This document shows, one piece after another, positions 53,500-64,000 of a stretch of 64,000 bases of DNA. Each line of letters begins with the position of its first letter. Position 1 is the stretch's first letter. The stretch is from Priapulus caudatus (lineage: Eukaryota): positions 431,149 through 495,148 of the forward strand of contig NW_014577084.1 of assembly GCF_000485595.1 (NCBI RefSeq), given 5' to 3'. A program made the position numbers and the translations under genes. Below the pieces are notes generated by a model that worked only from the letters and a program-made list of their open reading frames with translations, was not told where the DNA came from and made no database searches.

Positions 53500-53957
53500 C
53501 TGTAGGAATCTGCGAAACATCACGTTTTTAAATCGATCTTCCGAGGCGTGTGGTTAGTGACACTGAGAGGGTCTTAACCCTACCAGGCGGTGTGACTAAC
53601 GTCACTACACACAATAGGGGTAGTGACACAAGATAGTATGTATTATTTTTAATTTTTTACTTTTAATTTTTTATATTTAACGTCTTTTATATTTTGATTT
53701 CTTATTTATTTTTACTGTTTGGATGGGATGGGATGGGATGGCATGCGATGGCATGCGATGGCATGGGATGGGATGGGATGGCATGCGATGGCATGGGATG
53801 GGATGCATGGGATGGGATGGGATGGGATGCGTGCGATGGCATGGCATGGCATGGCATGTCATGGGATGGCATGAGATGGATGCGGTGCGATGGGGATGGG
53901 ATGGGATGGATGGACATGGATGCATAGATGGATGCATGAATGGGATAGATAGTTAGA

Positions 53958-54330
53958 TTTTTAGCTCACCTTGACATCGTCAAGCTGAGCTATTGCCATG
54001 GGTCGTCGTCCTCGTACGTCCGTCCGTCCGTCCGTCAACATTTCGCCTTCGGTCAACGATAACTCAGAAACTGTTTGGCCCACATGTTTGAAATTGGTAT
54101 AGTTGTTACTGCTATGCTCCCATATTAAACGTCCTATTTTGAAGCACGCCAGTCGACGTACTTTCGAGCCATGGCAATTTTTTGGCAAAAATGGGAATTG
54201 CCATTAGTCAGTTCAGGTTCAACGGATTTTGCTCATTTTTGGTATTGAATGAATAAGGGCTAGGGGTTTTATATTTAAAAAAATTATGCAAATTAGGTAA
54301 GGTTTGGCAATTATATAGCATATTATATAG
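53958..54330 (+). mobile_element. Helentron-associated (HINE/DINE-1-like) element 5' part
   Basis: TTTTAGCTCACCTTG...CAAGCTGAGCT subterminal inverted repeat followed by (GTCC)n. A related body and 3' end may lie at ~55660-56580. Confidence 0.55.
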
Positions 54331-54493
54331 ACACAAACAGTCTGTGTGTCACACTCGTCTGGTTCTTTTACAAATATTTCATTGACAATATCTTAATGCA
54401 AAATTGGTATTTCGTCTCACCCTGCCGATAAAACGTCTATATTAGAGTAAAGATTTACAAACATGGCGAACGCAGCATAACTATTTATTTCAA

Positions 54494-54765
54494 CGCAGTG
54501 GCTGGAGGTACGCCAGCCGTCGGTCGTTCAAGCCCTTTTTTGCGTTAGGGTAGCGGTTAGGGTTAGGTTTAGCGTTTAGGTTGTTAGGTTTAGGGTTAGG
54601 GTTGGTTCTTGCCTCATCTAAACTCTCAAATCGTGTATATTTATTTCGTTATTTCAAATCTGGCGCCACCGCCGCCATTCTTGTCTCGTTAAGTATGAAA
54701 GCCAATGGACTGCGCTACCGTAGCCTCGAGACATTAAGATACGGCTGCGTACCCGTAGCCACTGC
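54494..54765. mobile_element. TTAGGG-containing MITE with 9-bp TSD
   Basis: TIR GCAGTGGCT...GTACGCCAGCCGT / ACGGCTGCGTAC...AGCCACTGC; TTATTTCAA at 54485-54493 and 54766-54774. Confidence 0.8.
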
Positions 54766-56632
54766 TTATTTCAAACGCCATCGCTACAAAGCGGGTTATA
54801 GCGCATCTACAGTCACAAATTGTGATTCATTTTGGTTTATAAATTATTATTGCGATATACAGTGGCAATCGTTTCTATAATGTACGCTCGATGGTTGCTT
54901 AATTAAACTGACCTCTTTCTACTCACTCATTTGTGTCCTTTTGTGGTGAGCTACAAGTGTCATTGACACTTTCAATTTTGGGTATTTTCCTTTCAACCAA
55001 GGCGCCGTCACTAACTGACCAGAGTAACGCCACTGATTTCCCCGGGCAACGCCGGGTATCCCGCTAGTACATTTATATTTGCTCTCACGAGCAGTTTGAT
55101 ATGAAAATCACATTTCAGCGTTTTGTTTAAGACTTATTATGACATTGTCTTTCCGAATTTTCTTTATGGTGCAGCATAGGAAAAAATGTGCGTTTGCTCG
55201 TGGTTAGTATCTGCCAAACGGAATATAGTTGGGATATGTATTAGTTGGTTGACATTATACGTTCAACGTTATCACCACGTATTTGCGATTAGGTTGACGT
55301 GGAATATGTCTTCACCAATGTTTCACGAGGCGTCTAATCTTACCGGATTTCTTTATACACGAGTCTGTGTTTGCACATTTCCAGTATCTCTCAAGCGAAA
55401 TATTTGTGGTTGACATTATTCATGTAAAGTTGTCAACATATACTAAGTTGTTATCCCCGAACGCAGTTCGGGGGGTGATACTATGGGTTTGACATCTCGC
55501 GCCCGCCCCACCGCCGCCGCACGAGATTTCCTTGTGAGCGCTCTGCCGGCCTGCAGTTCTTCTCGGATCATCTTCAAATTTCGCCATGAAGGGCGTTGAG
55601 CTTGTAAAGCGAAACCGCCAATCGTCTTTGGTGTGGGCGGAGTCATCGGCCATGCGCCGTAACAACATTTTTTTTGTCCCCACAATATTCTAGAACGCTG
55701 TAACTTCTGAAAAGTTTGTTAACCGATTGCTCATGAAATTTGGCACACAGGAACCAATCACTATACACTTACTATATATATATAATATTATAATATATAT
55801 AGATATATAGGACATATTATATCGGCCCTGTTGTGCCCAAATTCCATTGACAATCGGTTAAAAACAGCACCAAGGTTACAGCGCTTCTACAAAATATTTC
55901 CACAAAAATGTGTCGTTATATGCAACGATGACTCGCCCCACACCAAAAACGGCATTGGGCGTCTTTGCTTTAGCGCGAGAGAGCGGCACCTTGCCCTAAC
56001 TTGGGCGACGAAGGTGTGCACCAGTACCAAAACCAGCTCACTGCGACCTTCATTTCACCTTTTTTTCTTGACTCGTTGATCATATTTCCCTTCACCTCCT
56101 GTTAACTCTTGTCCCCTAATTCCACCTGAGCGCTACCAAACTTGGTTTTCTATACTTACACATCTTGGGGCAGAGAAGGTGTGCAGAGTTACCAAAACCA
56201 GGTCACTGCGACCTTTATTTCACCTTTGACTATGACCTTGCATCAACTATCCCTTTCGCTCTCTAACTCCGACCCGCTAAGTTGACCTAGCGCGACCCAA
56301 CTTGCTATGCTTACACATCTTGGAAAGAAGGTCTGTCGCATACCAAAACCACCACTGCCCTTGACCTTAGTTTCACCTTGACCGTCGACTTACATTTCCT
56401 CTTCGGCCTCCTAGGGTAACCAGATTCCATATACTTGCACATCTGAGGCAGACCAGTTGTCTAACAAACCTTTGTCTTTGTGACTTATTTAGCTTTACCT
56501 GCCTTCTACGTCCTTACAGAGATATTCCATTCATACTAGATCACGGGGGATACATGTAGTTGGCGACAACAGCTCTAGTTACTAGTAGATTGATATCAAA
56601 AATGTATATCTTACATTTTTCGGGTTAATAAG

Positions 56633-56757
56633 GCACGAAGGGTCGTTGTCGTATAGGGTACTACATATATGTACCCGAGGTAACTATCTGATATGGTTAG
56701 GGTTAGGGTTAGGGTTAGGGACCTTAGGGTACCCTATACGACAACGGCCCCTTCAGC
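56633..56757. mobile_element. 125-bp TTAGGG-containing MITE with 9-bp TSD
   Basis: TIR GAAGGGTCGTTGTCGTATAGGGTAC / GTACCCTATACGACAACGGCCCCTTC; GTTAATAAG on both sides; (TTAGGG)4 plus a fifth unit centrally. Confidence 0.85.
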
Positions 56758-56959
56758 GTTAATAAGTGTAAAGCATCAATTTGTTCTGAATTTTCCTGTA
56801 CACGGATGTAAATACACACGGTGTTCCCGGATGTGTACCGTTTACCAATAGAAATGTTTGCTTGAAATTACACGTTTTACACAGAGAGCCAATAGTCTCT
56901 AGTAACCTAATATCAAAAATGTCTGTCCCGGTGTTTCACTTTAATAGTTCCAAGATATA

Positions 56960-57091
56960 CCCATATATTGCCTAACCCTATAGGCCTTCATATAGGTATA
57001 ATAGGCTTTCCCTGATGCCCATATATTGCCGAACCCTATAGCCTTCATATAGGTATAATAGGCCTTCCCTGATGCCCATATATTGCCGAAC
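56960..57091. repeat. ~57-bp minisatellite, about 2.3 copies
   Basis: CCCATATATTGCCGAACCCTATAGCCTTCATATAGGTATAATAGG repeated. Confidence 0.8.
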
Positions 57092-57709
57092 AAGGTCCGG
57101 CCTGCGTAGGACATGCCAAGTATTTCACTAAAAAGTTATAATTTGGGTAAAAAAAAATCCCGTTAAAGTAACGAGTATATAGGCCTATACACGTCTATTT
57201 TAGTGTATCACTTCAGTAATTATAGGGCACGCAATCTTCTAGGGCAGAATATCCGTGTTCCCGCATTTTCAGTGTGTGAAATAAAAATGTTAACAAATGT
57301 AATTTGTTGAAATCACACATTACACACACATTTGAAATAGAAAGCGCATATTATAGATTAGTTTGCTGTAAAACATGACTGTCCAAAATATCAGTTTAAT
57401 AATAAGTAAATGCGTAATTTCCCCAAAGTTCCATATTTGAGCAAATCTTGTTTTTTTCCATATAATGTATCTCGTATGCGAAATATTAGTTGTTTGACAT
57501 TGTATATCTAAAGTGAGAGCACTTACTTTTAAACAGTTTATAATGAAAAATATCTATCCGTGGCTGTAGGCTATGGGAGGTAAAAGTACAGCTACAAACG
57601 TTCTTCATTCATTATGAGGCGAGAAATCAATGGTGATTAATTAATATGATTAGGGAGGCAATCTCAAGGGATAGCTAATCTTCAATTTCGGTGATAAATT
57701 TTAATGCCA

Positions 57710-58363
57710 TCTATATATATAGTTGTTTAGCCGAATTAGTTCGTACTCGCATAACTAGAGAACTCCGCAGCCTAGAGGAAAACTAAAGATATTTTCAGAA
57801 TCAGCACGTCTGGGAGGTGGTTCTGGCTGAAACAAATATTTAAAAAAGTTAAAAATTCATAAAAATCCTATTCATCAATAGATGGCGGTGCGCACAGATT
57901 AACATCACGTACGTGTGAATCCATGGGGTATACAATTAACGGTGCAGTGGCCTGATCGTTAGAACATCCGTCTCCTACACCGGGATTCCGAGAACTTATT
58001 TTCCCCTCTAGTATTTATTATTTATAATTTTTTACTTTTTATTTTTTATATTTAATGTCTTTTATCTTTTGATTTCTTATTATTTTTTACTGTTTGGGAT
58101 GGGATGGCATGGGATGGATAGGGATGGCATGGGGCATTGGGATGGGATGCGGTGGATGGGATGGCATGGCATGGCAAGGGATGGCATGGCATGGCAAGGG
58201 ATGGCATGAGATAGGATTGGATGGGATGGGATGGGATATGGGATGGATGGATGGATGCATGGATAGATAGATAGATTTTTTTGGTATTTTCCTTTTTGAA
58301 CCAAGCGGTCACCAACTGAGTAACGCCACTGATTTCCTCGGGCAACGCCGGGTATCCCGCTAG
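57710..58363 (+). mobile_element. Non-autonomous Helitron with (GGATG)n tract
   Basis: A|TCTATATATAT start, CCTCGGGCAACGCCGGG hairpin, CTAG|T end, no TSD. Confidence 0.75.
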
Positions 58364-59930
58364 TTTTAAATAAAGTTATAAATGCAGTATTTAAAATCCG
58401 CGTTCTGAATAAATTCGCCATTCCGCGACGGATGAAACGTGGGTTATGTTACTAATACAGGTTACTATGTACGCGATTTTAGGTCTACTAAGCACATTAC
58501 CGTACAAAAGACATTGCGGTGAATTTAAGGAAGAGCGCGCTTATAATCTATATTCCCAGTATTATAAAATACAAGTTCGGGTTGGTGATCTAGTACGCTA
58601 ATTCAACCTATATTCGTGAATGAGCAATTATTTCTGGAAAGGGTTTGAACTAACTAAGTGCGAGAATAAGTATCAAGTCTTTAAAAAATAAATAAATAAA
58701 TGAAAAAATAAATAAATAAATATAGTAGGTAATACAGTAATGAGATTTTTATTCATTGTTAGATTCAAAATAACTCTCCACTGAATGTGTGTAAACAAAA
58801 GAAATTCAAAGTAATTTTCAAAACGAAGAGTTAATAGAAGTTTACACTATCATCTAATTTCATTAAGATCATTATTGTTACCTCTATTGCATGCAACGTT
58901 ACGCTTGTTCCACTTGCCAATTGTTACGTAATAGAAAGTTTCCACAAGAACACAGCCACCAAACTACAAAATATAGACGTTTACTCGAACTCACAGGTCG
59001 CCTTGTTATTTCTAGATGAATTGGTGATAGTCAGAAACTAGTGCAAGGATAGCCACATCCAAAACTCAAAAAGTCACATACTATAGTATAAAAATAAGGC
59101 ATGCATTAAATGTTTCACTCTATTTTAAGATCATATTTGTTTCGCATTTCTATTTTAACGCACGTGTCGAGAGAGTGAACTGTGGAAATCAAGACCAAAT
59201 TATCATCATTGTATAATCATCATTGTAGTCCATTTGTTTAGTTGGTGGGCGTTCATGTTGGCATACGTTTAATTCGATGCCGACTTGCCTTATTCATACC
59301 TTAAAGGCGTCAACGTTAATCGTAATGCGCAATACTCGTGTGTTAGTGTAAAGCAAGCATCTCTACAAGCGCGTAAAAAAGCTTTACGACAGGCTCCTGA
59401 TATGATGAATCTTAATTCAAGTATTGTGCGTTAATTTTTGGGGAAGGAAAAGGCGCCTTTCTCCTCCAAAGCCACTTATTATCACAGTCATATGGAAATA
59501 GGCTCTTTAGTGACCTCGCCGAGACCTGATTATAGTGTGATTTTTACGCATCATTTACACGGGTGTCAGCACATTATTGGCGCAAGAGAATGCTCGGTGT
59601 GTCTCCGCGAGGCTGGAAAAATTTTATTAGCAATTTTATCCAGGCACGCTTCTATAGCTTAGCTCTCTATCAAGCAGATATCAATAGCACCTACGGCTCC
59701 CTAAAAGAAACACCCGACTATATGGATTATAGCAATGGGGGCGTAGTTAACGCCATCATTCATGATTATCGTCATCGTCATCATCATCATCGTCGTCGCC
59801 GTCATCATCATCATCATCATCATTAATAGCCAGCTGCGCGGTCTTCTCTCCCATGCACTTGGGCGCATGTTTGGGCGCGCGCGTGCGTGCATGCGCGCGC
59901 GATAAGATATGCCTAAGCGCTTTATGCTCA

Positions 59931-62709
59931 TTAATATCCACCTCGCGGTCTTCTCTCCATGCACTTGTCCTTCGCAAAGCGTCTTACGTCCTCAATTGTT
60001 GCTTGCATTACAGGCCCATCAGATGAAGTGAGCTCACAGAGTTGTAGTAGAAACGAGGAATACGTGCCCTGCATCGTCCTGATGGGTGAACAAACGATCT
60101 GATAGAATTCTGGCACACCATAAAAAACGTATAATTTATTCGCTTAAATTTAATATACTGACAAACAGTAAGTCAAACCTGTTATTTTAGGAAGCTGACA
60201 GTCCTCATTGCCTGGTAACAGCGTTGGTTCAATACTTTGTGGTACTTCGCCTGGTAGTAAAAAAGTACAAACTTACTCAAACATTCACTTATATAATATG
60301 GCTGCCGTGTTATTGCGGACGATTTTCTTCATGAAGCTTCACTCACTGGTAGATTTGTATACCTTCTGTTTATTACCATGTCGAAAATGTACATAGCATG
60401 CCATGTAATATGTACATAACATACATGTAAATAACATACCATGAAAAAAAAATTCCATTAACAATATCATAGTAATGTCTAATGACTAATGAGACATTAG
60501 TCATTATTACTGACTTCTTAATAAATTTGCTGGTATATTTACATGTACGTATGTAGATCATACAATGGTCAAGTGATCGAGGAACGTTAACACAATAACT
60601 GCAATATTATTCATTTAATCGATGTTAATCTGCCGATGATGAATATATTGCGTACATAAAAACACATATAACAATGTATTTTTTATTGATTATGATTTGA
60701 ATTGTTTTAATAGTTATTCCAATCGGCCTTCCCATTCGCCGTTACAGCTTATTTATATATATATATGCTTGGACCAGGCGTGGCTCTATTCTGCTTAGTC
60801 AGGTAACTCGCAGCCCGACTTGCCACACCCTCCAAGTATAATGCGTGGCTTACCTTGGTCACAGGATCGTGGGTAAGCTAGCTGCAGGCCTGCGTTGTCC
60901 TGCTTAGCGCAGTCGAGTTCACACGGGTTGCTGTACGTGTTCCCATCGCTGCCACACTGTGGGTCATACTCCCTCGTGCAAATACAAGGAACTGATGGTC
61001 CAGGTCCTACAACATGAAGTAATATTAGCAGGCATGCCCTTTGAGATTGAAATTTTCATCAACATGTCCAGTCTGTAGCATGGTGCTACTGGTATGTTCG
61101 GTCCTGTAATTAGAAACATTACTGTAACTGAAAGGAATGATAGACAATAACTTGGCTATTCCGATTAGTTTACCTATATATATATATATATATATTCCAC
61201 TTGGCAAACATACATGCGCGGAGGAAATTTGCAGCCCATCTTTCGCTCTCTTCCCATTAGAATAGACATCATAATAGTAATCAATCATTATTATTCATTA
61301 CGTATATATTGGTGTGTTTTGGGTATGCTACCAACATGAACATATGTATACCCTATGTTTATATATATATGTTCCCTATAGAGAGTATACATATTTTCAT
61401 GGTACCTTGGTCACAGGATCGTGGATAAGCTATCTGCAGGTCTGCGTTCGCTTGTTTTGCGCAGTTTAATTCGCATGGGTTGCCATAGGTTTTCCCATCA
61501 CTGCCACACTGTGGGTTATACTCCCGGGTGCAAATACATGGTGTTGGGGGTCTACTCGGTTCTGTAATGAGAAAAAGTACTTCAAATTATATATTATTGT
61601 CTTTCAAGTGTGACGATTAGGCTGAAGGGTTTAATTTGCTATATTATTTATTTAATTCATAATCAGGATATTTACATTGATCAAGTATGAATATTTTTAT
61701 TTTTCGATATCTGGGAGAAGCGGTCCTTTGCCCCCCCCCCCAGTTTCCAGAGGCTTCCAGGGCCTTGATAGACATTTTTAATAGCAAATGATTTGTGAAT
61801 ATATGCTGTCTGTACTTCAAATATATAATGCCAAATAACAACATTTCTATTGGCAGATACTGAGTATATCGGAATGCAGATTTGACACCATTCTATATAG
61901 TAGCGAAGCACAGTCTTAGATTGGGAAACACAGTCTTAGATCCTTATTTTATTATTTATTATCTATAAATATTATCTGTCTATAGATCTATTGTTTTGGC
62001 ATTCTTCAAAAGCTGCCCTCGGATGAAAACCACATTATGTGCCGATCTATACCTTGGTCACATGATCGTGGATAAGCTAACTGTAGGTCTTGGTTTGGTG
62101 TCTTTGCACAGATCAGTTGACACAGGTTGCCATATGTTTTCCCATCACTGCCACACTGTGGGTCATACTCCGAGGTGCAAATGCATGCTGGTACTAGTCT
62201 AATCGGTTCTGTAATGGGAAATATTACATTAAATTATTATACTTAAACGGTTATTTAAGAGTGTTTATCACTGATGTTCCGGCAGTGAAATCCTGAACAT
62301 GATGGTCCTCACCGTCCTGCACCTCTTTTAGTTCAGCAAACATTACGAGAGGGCACCAGTTTACGGGGTGGTCTTATGTGGCGTTGCGAGCAATGCGCGC
62401 TCATTAGAATTGTTCACACTCTGCACTTGTCGGTTATGATCCCTGATTATGTGAAATTCTTAGTTTATTTGGCTTACATTTAACACTAACTATGGCTTCT
62501 AAGAGATATACAAGTCATTGGCGGTGTCAAGCGTAAAAACCAGTCATTATCGAGATTGTTTAATTTATGCTTCTAGCAGTCCAGGGTGCTTTAAAGTCTA
62601 AGTAAATTAGTGGGTCTTGGGGGTATTGTTGAATCATTATTACGTGACTTCTGGTGGTCCGGTAAGATATTGAATCCGGCAAGGGTGTTTGCCGGAAAAT
62701 TGGTGGTGT

Positions 62710-62768
<59 letters not shown>

Positions 62769-63880
62769 TGTGTGCGTGCGTGCGTGCGTGCGTGCGTATG
62801 TATATATGCTAATAACGATGATTACGGTCACTTCGCTCCATACCATCTTCAATCAGAGGTGGCAATGTCGGTTCCTCGGGGCAGCATACAGCAGCGGCAT
62901 CAGCGATCTCCGTGAAACACGTATACTTGGCCGGACATGGTGACTCTGACCAGCACACTCGGTTCTTAGAAGGATTTTCTGGGTCACGTAGTGGTTCTCC
63001 TACTCGGCAGGGATTGAATGGAGGCGGTATCTCTGCAAGGGAAGTTGTTACAACATTGTTACTAGCGGAATCTATGCGTTACCTAAATACACGCCTAACA
63101 ATTTTTATGAATCTATACTATTGATATCACGTTACGTTACCAGACATTGCAATACGTCGCATCACGTTACGTTACAGTACAGTACAGTACCAGTACAGTA
63201 CAGTACAGTACAGTACAGTACAGTACAGTACAGTACAGTACAGTACAGTACAGTACAGTACAGTACAGTACAGTACAGTACAGTATACAGTACAGTACAG
63301 TACAGTACAGTACAGTACAGTACAGTACAGTACAGTACAGTACAGTACAGTACAGTACAGTACAGTACAATACAATACAATACGGTGCAGTACAGTACAG
63401 TAAAGCACAGTATATAGTAAAGTAAGGTACATTCACTCTTATATTTACACTATGTCTATTTTGTTCATCGTTCATAAGTCTATCAATCATTGCTTTTACC
63501 CGTTCTTCTAAACGCGCACAAACTCACCGCCGCTGCACACAGGCACGCACGCATGCACGCGCGCATCAACATCATAGAAATTTGAAGCTTAAAAGCCTGG
63601 AAAGTATGGTTATACTAGTAAACTCATGATCATGGTAGCTATGGGTTAATAGCACAACTTATTACCTTACCTGACTGTTTGATGGCTGGGTAGCACATTC
63701 TCGCCACCCTGCATGCTCCTGCTGCTCGGCAACATTTATCACCCTTCTGTGCACAGTCTGCATCGGCATCGCATATCCTCACTTCCCGTACAGGTAAGGG
63801 GCAGTCGAAAAACACTGACAGGTCAGGACAAACCAATGGGTCATCTAGTCTCGAGTCCAGTGCCTGGGAATGCAACAATA
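59931..63880 (-). CDS. Mosaic protease inhibitor gene B (WAP - Cys-rich - 3x Kazal - Kunitz); 5' end outside the window, last exon damaged
   Basis: Exons ~63880-63671 WAP, 63032-62844 Cys-rich, 62208-62053, 61561-61406 and 61006-60854 Kazal, 60250-60179 (…[10 protein letters not shown]) spliced to 60078 ([14 protein letters not shown]…), then degraded Kunitz sequence ending [14 protein letters not shown] at 59931. Confidence 0.75.
63175..63410. repeat. (CAGTA)n pentanucleotide microsatellite
   Basis: Direct reading; a (TG)n tract also lies at 62714-62766. Confidence 0.95.
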
Positions 63881-64000
63881 TGTATATTTGTAAGCATTTT
63901 GAAACAGAAATTTAACGCAAAATGTAATGTGTAGTCTTAGATGTGGGCCATACGGATAACGAGTTAACATACGAAAGGTAGAGGTGACCTACAATCTAGC

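Larger units (their letters stand above)
53545..55067 (+). mobile_element. Non-autonomous Helitron-like element with (GGATG)n tract, interrupted by nested elements
   Basis: 3' hairpin CCCGGGCAACGCCGGG followed by CTAG|T at 55064-55068. Homologous to 57710-58363; 5' boundary approximate. Confidence 0.6.

Noticed and set aside
56695..56730. True telomere or chromosome-fusion site
   Set aside because: Only a few TTAGGG units, enclosed by TIRs and a TSD.
57941..57995. tRNA-like sequence (TGGCCTGATCGTTAG)
   Set aside because: A-box-like only; no cloverleaf or proper B box, and it lies inside a Helitron.
58880..59060. Candidate signal-peptide/first exon for inhibitor gene A
   Set aside because: Hydrophobic frames contain stops and the implied intron is only ~30 nt.

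Overview
Eukaryotic (invertebrate animal-like), AT-rich, intron- and repeat-rich genomic window from a draft assembly. It has an ~820-N gap, single-N joins, and patches of indel-riddled sequence that resemble uncorrected long reads. Host genes read by hand from GT-AG exons: (1) a Sox-like HMG-box gene (+, 4467-9564); (2) a CHST-type carbohydrate sulfotransferase (-, 12186-14387) with a divergent duplicate of part of its catalytic exon; (3) a ~31-exon TTC6-like TPR gene (+, 25069-41159); (4) two apparently tandem mosaic protease-inhibitor genes (-, ~53499-42252 and >63880-59931). These last two are built from symmetric phase 1-1 exons encoding Kunitz, Kazal, WAP and Lustrin/WR1-like Cys-rich modules, with varied P1 residues and deletion-killed pseudo-exons. 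The intergenic and intronic DNA holds a MULE transposase relic, a LINE RT relic, a solo LTR, Harbinger-type MITEs and Helitron/Helentron-type elements. Two recurring patterns stand out: several sequence-distinct MITEs share a 9-bp TSD and a central (TTAGGG)n tract, and tiny 26-60 bp CARGAG...CTCYTG inserts with 7-bp TSDs look like excision footprints of a P/Galileo-like foldback element whose long copies are also in the window. No database searches could be run, so family names rest on motif recognition.
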